Below, one piece after another: positions 27,387 through 40,785 of a stretch of DNA of 64,000 nt. A program made the position numbers and the translations under genes. Position 1 is the stretch's first letter; every line of letters begins with the position of its first letter. The notes beneath the pieces were generated by a model, which saw only the letters and a list, made by a program, of their open reading frames with translations, was not told the DNA's origin and ran no database searches. The stretch is taken from NCBI GenBank assembly GCA_012295275.1, contig CM022679.1, forward strand, positions 15,128,001 to 15,192,000. Reading direction: 5' to 3'. This stretch comes from Chrysomallon squamiferum. Its lineage: Eukaryota; Animalia; Mollusca.

Positions 27387-29664
27387 CTGCAATTACAGAC
27401 AACACAAAACATTAGATTATTTTCTCTTACATCTTTTCATCACTGTACATTTTTGCTAGAAAAAATAATGGTTTGTAACATAAATGGAAAGAAGTGGTGA
27501 TATGTGAAATTAAAGAACATTTTTCTTTCTTTTCTTTTTTTTTTTGGACAGAAAAATGGTTACTTGCAATATTTTATCATTGGGCCATGTTTTTCAACAG
27601 AATAGTGTGACCTTAGTGTATTGATATTTGACTGGGAAATGCTTATTTGTGACTGGAAAATGGTGATTTACAACCCCATTCTTTCATCATGTATTTATGA
27701 CTTGAGATATTTTACCACTGGACAGATTTGTAAATGGGAAATGATAATATTTTATCTGTGAACTGCATATAATGATTTGGCATGTGAAGATTTGTGTCAG
27801 CTCTGGACATTTGGAGATACACTGAATTATAAATCTTTCCATCAAAATACAGTTAAATCATGGAGATCTGGCTGAAGCAGTTATTCTGTATCAGAAATCT
27901 TTCCACTGTGTAGTATTATACATTGCTGAAATTGTGAGACTGGAGTAGCAGTATCACCTTTAAATAATACAATACTACTTCAGTTAGTACTTCAGTACAC
28001 AATACTACTTCAGTTAGTAGGTGAAGGTGTCACCTGTGATTGTTTTTTACTCTTACAGTGTTGTTGAACAGATAGCTTCAGGTGAATGCATCACCTTTAA
28101 ATGATTTTTCAAAGATGACTGTTAAATAAAACACCTTTCCACTATAATACTTCAGTTTTTAATTTTTGTTATTTTTTAAAGAAAAAAAACATGATCAATC
28201 ATTCAAGAAAAAAAAAAAAATTACATTCTTGAAATTTGAAATAAAAATATATTACAACAAAAATCCATTTCCTGTAACCTTTGTTTTCACACTAACCATC
28301 AATCATCTGTTTACATATTCAAGATGTTCTTATCACAAAACTATTTAAAATGCCTATTTCAGTAGTTCTGAAATATAAAATTAAACATTTAATAGAAGCC
28401 ACCATGATGGTATATAATCTTAGTCATAAAAACTCATTGATTACCACTGATATATATATATATATATAAATGCACCCTTATATACACACACACACACACT
28501 TACAAACACACATTTAAAATTAATATATACATTTCAAATTCCGGATCTTCATCATCTATCATTTTTAAACCACAATTAAACCTGTGTTATCATTTCTTCC
28601 CTATCTTAAAGACATTAAATTTTCAATCAGTTTCATTTCAGCTATATTATTTTTTTTATTATTTATGCCATCTCCTACAGTGTTTGTTCAAAGATAAGCT
28701 TTAAACAGCATCATGAAATGCTTCTATTTACAGCTGGTTTTTCTGATTTATCAGTTATAGGTACGCCTCTTATGATATGAAAAATAAAATAAAATAAAAG
28801 AGAGATGCTGATAGAACTAGTTCTGGCTAGTTGGATAGACAACCAACACCCACACACACTCTGAATTCCAGGGCAAGACCTGAAGTTGAATAGCAGACTA
28901 ATATTACTGCACTCTTTAAACCCAACCAATAAATGCAGAATATTGGTAAAAAATATTATTTGTTGCCTCCTGTGTCTTGCAGTAAAGAAAAAAAAATAAT
29001 AACCTTTATTTACTCTCAAAGCCATTATTTGGTGACATCAAAAGAATGAACTATAAAGAGGCAAAGTGACTTGTTGTAACGTATACATATAGAAAACCAT
29101 TATTAAAATGAAATAAAACTGATCTGGGGTTTATCAGATTTAGAATTATTGCTGATTTTTTAGTAAAAGAAATGATGAATTGTAAAGAATGACTTACATT
29201 TAGTAAATTTTCTTTATTCTTAGTTGTATTTATTTAATCAATCATTTTATTAATATTCTTTACTTTTGTCTTTTTATTTTTATTTCCAAGATTCTCACAC
29301 ACACACAAAATATCATAAATCTACATAATTTAATTTCATACACCAATCAAATTTGTTTTTAGTTTTGCTTCTTTTTTTTTTATTTCTCAATTTCTTTTTC
29401 CTTTTTTCACCCCAGATATTATTATGTTTTGAGGCATGGTTTATTTATTATTTATTATCCTCAGAATGTTTGACACAATCCAATTACAAAGCATGTCAAT
29501 ATCCATTGATAAATGTAACCATTTTACTTCACCACCGTTTGTCAGTGTCAACAGATGATTAAATTTTCTATTGCAAAAAACATTTCCTTCTTTTTCTTTC
29601 TACATTTAGTATTCTCAACAACTCAACAAAATTAAAACTGTTATTTTTCCATTTTGAAGCAAAC

Positions 29665-29958
29665 AGGCTGAACAAATAGCTCAGTGGCTACAGCTCAGAA
29701 TTAAGGTACAGCAGACCAGAGAATGAACCCTCCTGAAAGCTGCTGTGAGCTGTTTCCAATTCTAACCAGAGCTCTTTAGTTATCAGTAACTTGGTTTGTG
29801 TTTTTCTATCTAAAACAAAATCCTCAACTAGATGATGGAGGCACAACAGATCAATCAACACTTCATACAGCTATCATGATCTATTTCAAATTATAAACAA
29901 TATTTCACTGACTAAAGTTTATCAAAGATCATGGTATGTGCTTTCCTGCCTGTAAGAT
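29665..29958 (+). mobile_element. Degenerate tRNA-derived SINE remnant(s)
   Basis: A-box-like TAGCTCAGTGG near 29677, and core ATCAAAGATCATGGTATGTGCTTTCCTGCCTGT at 29921-29953 matching the reverse complement of the 37 kb and 44 kb copies. Confidence 0.6.
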
Positions 29959-31365
29959 ACACTCCAAAATTCAGTGTAAGTAGATGCTCCTTATACTTTA
30001 CAGATTAACACTTCATTTATTTATTTATTTTTTAATTAAACAGATAGTGCATTGTAAAGAAAACATTGATTAAAAAAATATTAAGAATCTTTATCAGAAT
30101 TGTATTTGCAAAAAAAACAATAACTTAATTAATAACAACATACTAATGAGGCTAATAAAATAAATTCGAATAACAGTAATAGAAATAAATATATATTTAA
30201 AAATATATTTTTTTTAATAAAATAAAATAAAATAATAATAGGATGAAATAAAATGAAAATAAAATAATAAACAAATATGAAATAAAAATAAAGTAATACA
30301 AGAAAACAAAATTAAATTAAATTTAAAAAAAATAAAAATAAAAACATAAACAACGTTGTCAAGTAATGAAATACATTCCTCAAGATTTCATCCGTTTCAA
30401 AAAAAAAAAAGAACAAAAAAAAAGAGGTCATTTCAAGCGACCTCTGCTCTATTTCGTGTGTTGTTTACACAGGCGGTACAGGTGAACTGTTGACAGCTGT
30501 GTGACTAACATCAGGTGTGATGTAAACCAGGTAATTTTTCTGTCACAGAAACGAGACAAAATATCACAAAACCAGAGTGGTCACAAGAAGTTACAACTAC
30601 ATGTCAACAGACATTAAACTCTGAAAACTTTTTTTTTTACTGAAATACAAATGTTATAATGTCTCATGATATACTTACTGGGTTTTTTCTTTTCATAATT
30701 TAATAAGTTTGGTAAAGAAGTTGATACATTTTTTTTTTTTAACAGTACAAACATTTATTTTCTTAATCACATAATTTAATAAGTTAAGAAATCAAGTTAA
30801 AAAAAAAGAAAAGAAGTCAATTAAGAATCAAAGAGTACATGATTAGCTTGTATTGTGATAATAAAGAAAAACCTGTTTACTGTAACACAGACGTTTTCCA
30901 TCTCAAGACACTTTTATCTTTTCCCCCAAATACTTTAATAAACCAGTAAATGAATTTAGATGTGTGGGTGGGTGACTTGAAGCAGTATTTCCATCAGTTG
31001 AGTGGATATTAACAAATTTATTGTCTGTTAGATGCAACACTAATTGTTTCTTTTCACCCAAACAATCTCTGAAGTTAATAAATTAATCTGATACAGATGT
31101 GGTAGGCGGATAGCTCTAATTGGCTTGTTATTACTAATTATACAGTTTGTTATTTAGTCTGACATCAACTTTTTCTTACTTTTTAAAAATTTGTTATATA
31201 TTTTTTTTTATTGTTATTTTTTTTATCTTTGTGTAAATTGTTATTTATTTATTTATTTATTTATTTGCTCTATTTATTATTTATGCATTCTGGGCAGATA
31301 ACCTTAAAGAAATATTGTACTAAATATATTTTTAAAATGTTATAAATTTTCACATTTATTATCAC

Positions 31366-31408
<43 letters not shown>

Positions 31409-31553
31409 TCTACACAAAAATCAATATGTCTGTATATAAATGTAATAAAAAATGAATGACAAAATTATTTATTTAATTTTAAGAAAAATCTCAATCTTGC
31501 AGTATCACCTATTAAGCACATCTTTTTTTCAAGTGTATCACAGGTGTATTTAC

Positions 31554-31654
31554 CTCTAAACAATTTTCTTTTAATCTGCTGCTTCCCTCTGCTCTAGTCA
31601 GTACTGCTGGATCATTCCCAGACCCCTGGGATGATGATCCCCTCTCCCATAGAC
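31554..31654 (-). CDS. Candidate 101-nt linking exon (phase 1 to 0) of the receptor N-terminal region
   Basis: gattaTAG|GT CTA TGG...TTA GAG|GTAAAT; open frame (G)LWERGSSSQGSGNDPAVLTRAEGSSRLKENCLE. The phases would join exon 53851-53994 to the CAG acceptor at 27386. The pyrimidine tract is weak. Confidence 0.3.
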
Positions 31655-31856
31655 CTATAATCACCCAGCTGATGTCAGATCTGAATGTCAGCCAAACAAT
31701 GATGGAAGCAGTAATTAGTGTTGTGTGTAGGTGGTTAAACAATTCACATAATAAATCTCAAACAGATGTAGAGCATAATACTTTACAATAAACATTCCAC
31801 TAACTTCTTCTTGTTTTCTTACGTTATTTATTTATTTTATGTATTATTAGTTGTTG

Positions 31857-31898
<42 letters not shown>

Positions 31899-32812
31899 GT
31901 GTGTGTGTGTGTGTACACAATGTAGTATAATTCTTTGCAACAAATGTTTTACCTTTTCTTTTTTTCTTCTTTTTGATCTTATTTATTCATTACATGTATT
32001 ATTAGTTGTTGTCATGTGTATATAGATGTAGCATCATGATTATTCATAATAAAAATCTTACTAACTCTTTTTTCCTTTTTCTTCTTTTTCTTTTTTTTTG
32101 TAATTTCTTTTTTTTATTATTATTATTTATTTATTTATTACATGCATTATGAAATGTCACTGTGTATGTATGTAAGTTTATGTTTGGTAAAGTGTGTGTA
32201 TGTATGTGTGTGTTTTGATAAAGTGTATATGTATTAAACATGCTTTGATTTTGTATGCTTATGTGCTTGACATGTGATGAATGTTCTCCTCTGAATATTT
32301 GTATACCCAAATTGTTCCTCTTTAACTAAGTACATTTAGATGTTTTTAAAACATCTTGTACTTAAATACTGCCACTAAAGTATTTTATACATAAGCTGAA
32401 ACCTAAAGAATTCCTTTCATCTTGTAATTTTATTGTCACATATTTTTAACATTCTGTCCTCCTATATACTGCCTCTTTCACATAGGATGTTAATATATTT
32501 TTATTTACAAAAGAAATACTTATTTTATATATTTTTAATACAGTTTTTATCTGACCATATACCAATCATTTTAAAAATAAATATTGTATCCCCAAATCAG
32601 CCATTTACTTAATGTATTTTTTATTGTTTTGTATCTTATTTTAATCCAGGTAATGAGCTGTTATCTTTTTGAAACAGATCCAGCGTACAAGTTGATTTTA
32701 CAAGTATGTATTAAAACACACAATGCCTACATACCTGGATTTTTTATTTTTTATTATTTTTTTTTTTTTTTAAATAACTACATAAATTGGGTTTCATAAA
32801 AAAAAAAAATAA

Positions 32813-32859
<47 letters not shown>

Positions 32860-33599
32860 AAATAATTTTTTTATAATATAATTTATAAGAAGAAGAAGGA
32901 GAAATAGTAATAAGAATAACAAAAAAAATTCTGTATACCCAAGTGAGGCCCCTTTCTGTTCTGACTAAGGAATTTAATAAAATTCAGGTAATCCTGTCCG
33001 ATATCCCACTAAGTTATTCCTCTCACATCATGATATACAATGATAAGCACAACGTTTATGGGTTTTTTCTCATTCTCTTTAAGCTGAGTTATATTGATAG
33101 GTCAGGGCTTAGAAAACTACAGTAACTAAAGGCTATTGCTCTTGTTGTTGTTGTTGATGCTGGTGTTGATGTAGTTATACTGTTGAGGTATGAATAGATG
33201 GATATTTCATAAGATGGATGGATGGATGGATGTATAGATAAAAGGACTTGATGGATCAAAAGATATATGGATAATGTTTACACACACAAACACACACACA
33301 CACACGTATAATTCATGTGCATTCACATGTTTGTCTGTTTATGCTTGCATCTGAGTAAATTTCTGTGTATGTATCTTTGTATATGTGAGTAATGATTTAT
33401 TTATATGCCTTTTGTATTCCAGCTTAATTTAATCAAAGTTAAAATAAAATAAAATAAAAAATCTTATATTATTGTTAAAAAGAAGAAAAAATATCTTTTT
33501 AATACATTTTAACATAAAGCTAATCACTACATTTCTTCTTCATCATTTTTATATTTCTTTTTTTAAACTTTTTTTTTTCAACAGAAAAGAAACTATCCA

Positions 33600-34309
33600 A
33601 CCCCAAAAGAACCTCACTTATGACGTAAACATGGTAAACACATAACCTATTATGCTCCTGCACTCTAAACAGGTCATGTATAATGTGGGCCAACAACGGG
33701 TCAACTAGCGTGACCTACTCTGCCAGTTTTCTGCTGGATGAATCTTATCTGTAGTAACACACATAGGATACAGGATATATTTCACAGCTCAGCCCAACCT
33801 GTCACTTTTCTACAATTTTTTTTTTTTTTTTTAATCTTAATGTGTACTTTTTAAACTTACAAGCAGCTCCTTAATTACAAATATGACATGGCTTTTCAAT
33901 AAAGAAATCTGACACATTATTGACTTGAATTGCTTTAGATTACGTCTGGGACACCTCAACCCTTATCCTCTTTCGTTCCGTACGTTTTACTCAAAAATCG
34001 GTCAAGCTTATATCGCATTCACGAAGAGGAGCGCGGATAAACACGCAAATTGATTTTGCAGTGGTAATTTCTCTCTTGGTTACTTTCTTTTTTTTATTTC
34101 TTCTTTAATAAGAATAATATGAATAAAAAGTTAATGCCACGGAACCACGTCAATGGCAAATGCACACAAAAGAGAAAATTCTCCAGCTCAAGATGTCTTA
34201 CGTCAGAAGAATGATATACGTCAGTGGGATATTGTGCCGATGATGAGTGTGTTTGCTTGCCTGGGTCAGTGCAGCCAGCAGTCGGCTTAGATAAGAAATC
34301 GGTCAGTGT

Positions 34310-34355
<46 letters not shown>

Positions 34356-34500
34356 ACTCACACATACACACACACACATGCACACACAAACACACACAAA
34401 CACACACACGAACACACTGATTGAGGTCAGGAATTGATAGCATAAAACAGGAATGAGTGTACGAAAAAGCTTTTAGCTCTTTCATGACCTTTTATTGAAT
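33600..34500. promoter_or_regulatory. CpG-retaining intronic island with bZIP (CRE/D-box/UPRE-like) and RGGTCA sites; candidate enhancer or alternative promoter
   Basis: bZIP-type sites: TGACGTAA 33621, TTACGTCA 34198, TACGTCA 34217, CCACGTCA 34145. Half-sites: AGGTCA 33671, GGGTCA 33698, TGACCT 33711, GGGTCA 34263, AGGTCA 34424, TGACCT 34485. Confidence 0.55.
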
Positions 34501-36031
34501 TTACAGCTCGGTAGAGGACAGGAAAAAGAAAGAAGAAGAAGAAGGAAAAAGAAAGAAGAAGAAGAAGAAGAGGAAGAAAAAATATGTTATACATCTCTCA
34601 TTTATCTTCATGATGAACAATAAAAATTGGTGAAAAAAGAAAACTTAAAAAAAAAATAATAATAATAGAAATAATAATGAAAAGAGTTAAATGTCAAGCT
34701 GGCTTAAAGAAATGAAAAACAAATGAGAGAAATTATGTAGTGACATAACTAAGTCCTTAATCAAATCTTGTTACAAATCTTTTCTTTTTTAATAAGTAAA
34801 TAAAAAAATTTTTTAAAAATGGGAGAAAAATATGAAATGTCAAATAAAGGACAGAAAATCCATAATTCCCAATCCATGGAATATTAAAAGCCAAGAATCA
34901 GAATGTTTATTTATGATTTTTTAATTTTTTTAAATTTATTTTTTAAACATGCTCTGTGTTGTTTATTAAATTGACCTCAAACATTCAAGACTGTGGGATT
35001 TTAAATAATTTACAATGTTTTGGATCCAGTCTATTCCTGTTACAATAGGAGAAGAAGAATAAAAGATTATATGTGTATAATTATTTATTTATTGTGTTGC
35101 GTTATATTACATTTTATGTTTTATATTACGTTTACAGTGTTATGTTACATGGTATGGTATTATAAGGTATATCTGTATGTGTTCATAGGTAACTAGGTAT
35201 GTACAAATAATTTTTATTTTATGTTTTTTGTAATGTTATGTTATGTTGTTATGTTATTTTTGTTTTGTTTTATTTTGTTTTGTTTTGTTTTGTTTTGTTT
35301 TGTTTTGATTTGTTTTGTTTCTGTTGTTTTGTTTTATGTAGTATGTAGTGTGGTATGTAGATATGTAACTAGGTATGTGCAAATAAAACTTGGTTTGTAC
35401 TGCAATGAATACTTCAGATACTTTCTATCCAGCCATTTAATAAACAAAGAAATGAATGGAGAATAACAACCAACCAAAAAAACCAACCCCTATTAAATAA
35501 TTATTAAAATATAAATATCCTTTTGTTACAAGTGAAACATTATGGTATGCACTGCCACTATTAACACACAAGTTTTTCATATTTTAACAAATAAACACAG
35601 TAATTATACCCATCGTGTGGCCCAGCATCACTTACTGACTCATATATTAATCAGTCATTTATTGGGGGAAATGCAAATGTGACGAAAAATGATACTTTAC
35701 GATATTTATCTCATATTCATAGCAACTTGGCGACAAATCGGTTGGCAATTATTGAATTAGCTTTTCATCAGTGCAAACCCACACTGACAGATTGTTTGCC
35801 AATTGCTTGCCGAGTATCTTTGATGGTGGGATAAACCAATCCATACCTGTCAAGTCCAATCACAGCTTCCAATCACTTCGACAGGCAAAGTCAAAGGATG
35901 AGGTGGTCGGGGGTTTTGTATCCTCTCTGACAGATGAGTGGATTTTACTCGTTATCCGTGTAAATATTATCGCAGTGTCACGGTTGATTTGATATAATGA
36001 TATAATAATAATATTACACGTCAATAACGAC

Positions 36032-36192
36032 ATCAGTGCATTCAGTGGTGAGGTACAGGTTGCAGCATAGTGCCAGGGGTGCTGCAGATCAAGGGATCAG
36101 TTCTCATCACAGCATCTGTAGGTTTATTTACCATTCCAGCCAGAGCTCTGTAACTGGTTTATTAAAAGATTGTGGTGTGTGCTATCCTGTTA
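36032..36192 (+). mobile_element. Degenerate SINE, 5' part
   Basis: ccattccagccagagctctgtaactggttttattaaaagattgtggtgtgtgctatcctgt matches the reverse complement of the core in the 37 kb and 44 kb copies. Confidence 0.65.
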
Positions 36193-37004
36193 ATCCCAAA
36201 ATATAACCAAATGACAGTAGGAAGGATGTTCTGTATTGTGTATAAGAAAATCTAGGAGTTTAAAAATCACTGGTATTAAATGGCTATGATACTGTAAAAT
36301 AATATATATTCATTATTCTGAGTTGTTTGGGTTTTGGACTGGGATTAGGACTGGGATTAGGATTAGAGCTCAAGTTTAATTTTAGGATTAGGATTTACAT
36401 TTTTGACATTTTCTTGACATCTTAAAATACTGTTTAGCTTTACCAGTTGCTTTCTGTTAAGCTGTTTTATATGATGGGAATCATTAATATGTTTACATAA
36501 ATTGTTACAACATATTTTCTTACAACATGCATATAATATTATACTATTACACAGAAATAAATGACTTAATAATCTGCTAGAAAAATATTAGATTTATTTT
36601 TATTTGTGCATCATCTTGTTAACAGCGATATTCCTGTAACCCCCTGAAACGCCGTAACACATTTCACAGACTGAAACCATTAGACAAACTGTTAAAATCT
36701 ATTTTAACTCTTTGATGCTCACTTAATGGCTTTAAAGATAGATAAGGGTGGGAGGGGGGAGAGCTGATGATTAAAGACAGAAATGATCAATTTCCTGTTC
36801 ATTTTAGATCTATTTTAATGTCAAGAAAATTATCTTACAGACAGCATCTAATCATATATTGATGTCAGTGTGTCTGTGTGTGACGTTTTATTTTCTCAAA
36901 GTTATGGATTGGAAATATAAATAGACGTTTTAACAATATCTCAACCTATTTTAATATTAATAGTTAAATGCTAAACAAGTTATGTTCTTGTTGATAACAG
37001 TAAC

Positions 37005-37192
37005 AGAAGAAATGAAACCCACTATACACACATAAGTTATTCTTGTAACAGAACGGGACTATTTATTTATGCCTACCCACAGACAGGAGTGTACATACCA
37101 TGGTCTTTGATAAACCAGTTGTTCAGCAAAGGATAAAAAACAAACTATTCAAGCCAAGTGAAAAGGAATGATCTTGCAGTCTGTTATACCTC
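37005..37192 (-). mobile_element. Degenerate SINE
   Basis: cccacagacaggagtgtacataccatggtctttgataaaccagttg is shared with the 44.2 kb and 60.9 kb copies. Confidence 0.7.
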
Positions 37193-37714
37193 ATAACTTC
37201 TCTCTAACCACAGGATATTCCATGTATTAGCGGTTTATAAATATAATTATAATCATGAAATATAATTTTAAATGAATATGCTTCGTATTTCATGCTGACT
37301 ATAATAAAAACCAAACAAATACTATTAACCTTTTCAGTGAGCTTCCTAATTTAATTATGCTCCAATTTTCTGTTTTCTATTTTCTACTTTTTTTTATTTT
37401 TTCCAAATGTCCTTTCAGTTTTTCAATTTCTTTTTTTCCACTTTTAAATTGTGTTAGCTTCTTTTTCTCATTTAATACCATGAACAAAATTAATTTATCT
37501 TGGTTACAAAAAAAACACAAAGAAAAATAAAGCAGAAACCTATTAAGGCAATAAATAAATTAATTTGTGTTTTATTTGTTCTGGCTGTGTTTGTATTTCA
37601 TGCCTGTACATATGCAATTAAAGAATGACATTATTATTTTCATTTATATATTTTATCATTATTATTAAGATTGTTTTTTTCCAGGGTTTTTTTTTTTTTT
37701 TTTTTTTCATTGTT

Positions 37715-38107
37715 TTACCTGCAAACAGAAACATAATCAAAAACACCATTTTGATTTTCATCTATTTTTATTTATTTTTCTTTTTTATTTATTTTTATCT
37801 GCAAACAGATACATAATCAAAAACACCATTGTGATTTTCATCTATTTTATTTTTTATTTTATTTATTCTTATCAGTTTTTATTTATTCTATCACATTTTA
37901 TCTGCATGAACATACATAAGAAAAAATATTATGGAATCCTATTTATTTTTTTTTAAATATAAAATTTCATTTATTTTTATTTATTTTTTTTTTTTTTCTG
38001 TTTTAGTTTATTCATAGTTATCCACATACATAATAAAGATAACATAATTATGATTTCTATTTCTATTTTTATTTTGTTTTTAACGTTATTTAGTTTTTCA
38101 CATAACC

Positions 38108-38142
<35 letters not shown>

Positions 38143-38275
38143 AATAACTCCATATTTTCTGTTTACTTTTATATATTTTAAAATTCTTTTTCAGTTTCAT
38201 TTTTCAGTAGGTTTTATGTGGCTATATGCATAAATAATTAAAATAACACCATAATGATTTTAGTTTATTTTTTTA
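37715..38275. repeat. Degenerate tandem repeat (core ctgcaaacaga.acataatcaaaaacaccatt.tgattttcatctattt)
   Basis: Two near-identical copies at about 37720 and 37799, followed by decayed copies with T-rich spacers. Confidence 0.7.
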
Positions 38276-38961
38276 ATTTTAGCTTTTTTAATTTGATTTA
38301 TTTCTTTAGTTACATTTTATCTACATAAAATAAGCCTTCTCTTTGTTCTTTTTTTTGTTCTTTTTTTTTCTCTACATATACATACATGCATTAAAATTAT
38401 GTCTTTTTCTTTATTTCTATTCTTTTCAGTTTCATTTCTTTCATTATGTTTTACCTCCACAGAAACAGCCTGTTCTGAAATCATAATTGGTGGTTTGGAT
38501 AACATTACTGTACCTAGCTGCACTGCTGAGCCAAAAGGACTTTCAAGTATTTATAGATAACCTGATCAATCATAATAACACTGCATACATTGATTGCACA
38601 TGGCTGTTCTATGTATTTTTAGACTTTTTTTTCTTCTTTAATTTTACTCTATCATCGAACCTTTGAAACAAATTTCATCAGGCTCTTACACGCAACATGC
38701 AAATGATGTAACTTAAAATTAATTATATAGAATGAGGAAACATTTAAAACATTTTTTTTTTAAATAAAAGTACTCTAAAAAATATAGTCCATTGGAATTG
38801 CAGTATAGATTTTACCATAATCCAAGGGTTATTATTTCGTTTTAAATTTTTAAATAATGTTCTGCAGTTGTTGTTTTTTAATTAATTTTATCTGTTTGTT
38901 TGCTGGGGGATATTTTCTTTATTTTGACTATCTTTAATAAATAAATAAATAAATGAATGAA

Positions 38962-38996
<35 letters not shown>

Positions 38997-40550
38997 ATGA
39001 ATGAATGAATGAATGAATGAATGAATGAATGAATGAATGAATGAATTAAATTAAATTAAATTAAATAAATAAAAGCTGTTCATAGAAAAACCCATAAAAA
39101 AATAAATGTTTTAATGCACAGAATATGACTACAGTATTTTGAACCAGTGACTAAAACTGATGAATGTTTCATCTGCAGGTGAATGGAATTAAAAGATATA
39201 TTTATTTTATTTTTTATGTTGTTTTCTATAAATGTAATTTTACTGTTATTATTACTACTGGTATTATTTTTTTGTTATTATTGTTACTTTTTTTTATTTT
39301 CTTGTAGTAGTAGTAGTCTTGTTATTATTTCTTTTTCTTTTTTCATTGTTAAGATAATCATGTTTTTAATAAATCTTTTTCTTCATATGATACCAAATCT
39401 AAATAATGAAAAACAATTTTTTATTATTATTTTTTTTAAGGTCTATAAACTCTTTTAAATTAAAATTTAGTCAATATTCACAAATCATATGATCTGATGT
39501 CAGAATTACATTTTTTCTTTTCCTGAATCAATATTAATATCATATTGAAATAAACTAATTTTCAAAGTGCAAGTTTCAAAAAAAAAAGAAAATTAAACCT
39601 TCATTATATCCCCACAAAATTTTTAAATAAGAAAATTTAAAAACTATATCCTCAAGTGTAACTTTGATTACAATCTGACATTTTATTAAAATGAAAGGGT
39701 GTTTCAAGTTTTTAAAATTCTGTCGAAAAACAAAAAAATAAATAAAAATAATTAAAAAAATAAAATAAAATAACAGTAAATAAATAAATAAATAATTTCT
39801 AAAAATTTATATAAAAAAATAATGAATGGTCAACATCTTATTTTCGTATTATCTGAATAAATACCAGATTTTGTTATGATACTTTTCAAGAAGAAACCTG
39901 CTAAAACCATAAGATACTCTTGCTTATTAGAGGCAAGTTTTCCTTTACATATTCATTTCCACACAAAAGAAAATTTAAATTTTATACACTAGCTATGGAA
40001 ACTCTAGCTGAATGTTTGTTAAGGTTGGACCCCCACAGGCTCTACTTGTGAGGCGTGGCAATATTTTATGGGGCACATGGTTTCAGAGTCAAGTGAATCA
40101 TAATGTGATTTCTTTCACAGCTCTGCATTTTTCACAGGTTTGAAGCTGTGGCTGATGTCTCATAGCATCATAAATAAAAACTTAAAAAAACATTTTTAAT
40201 GCATGTACAGTACACACAGTAGAGACTACAGTCAGTGTAAGTTGTTTTCAAAATCAAAGTTGGGTGTTGGACACAGAAAGTTGAGATGCATTGCACTAGC
40301 TGGAATGTTATTTTTTTTTAAAATGTAGAATCTGTAAATTCTCATTAGATAAAATATATTTATCTGATGTACAACAGCAATCTGATACACAACAGTACAT
40401 ACCACAGCATTTTATTTCATCAATCACCTGAATTGTGCTTGTGCTGTTAAAAAGATTGGCATGGTTGTCCATGTATGAACAATAAGTCTAGGATGATTGC
40501 CCACATGTGTTAGTGTGTTAGTGTGTTTGTTAGAAAAAAGAAAAGACATA

Positions 40551-40785
40551 CAGGCTGATGGTTCCTTATCCGAAATGCTCAGGATCAGAAAGTTTTTCAG
40601 TTTTAGAAATATTCAGATTTTGGAATATCAGGTGATAGCCTGTAGGTAGTCTACAGGTATTTTATACAATATTTTTAATAAATTTGTGCATGAAATGAGA
40701 CTTGTGAATGTTACGTTTTTATCTGAAAACTAAAATATATCTCAATCTCAGCAGCTTGAATTTCAGATAAAGGATCCTCAATGGT
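40551..40785. mobile_element. pogo/Tigger-like MITE, about 235 bp
   Basis: TA|CAGGCTGATGGTTCCTTATCCGAAATGCT ... TTTCAGATAAAGGATCCTCAA: imperfect terminal inverted repeats with a left TA target site. The internal sequence resembles Tigger4/MER46 (from memory). Confidence 0.7.

Noticed and set aside
36335-36396. Telomere-like GGATTAG repeats
   Set aside because: Few, imperfect and not TTAGGG; no evidence for an interstitial telomere.
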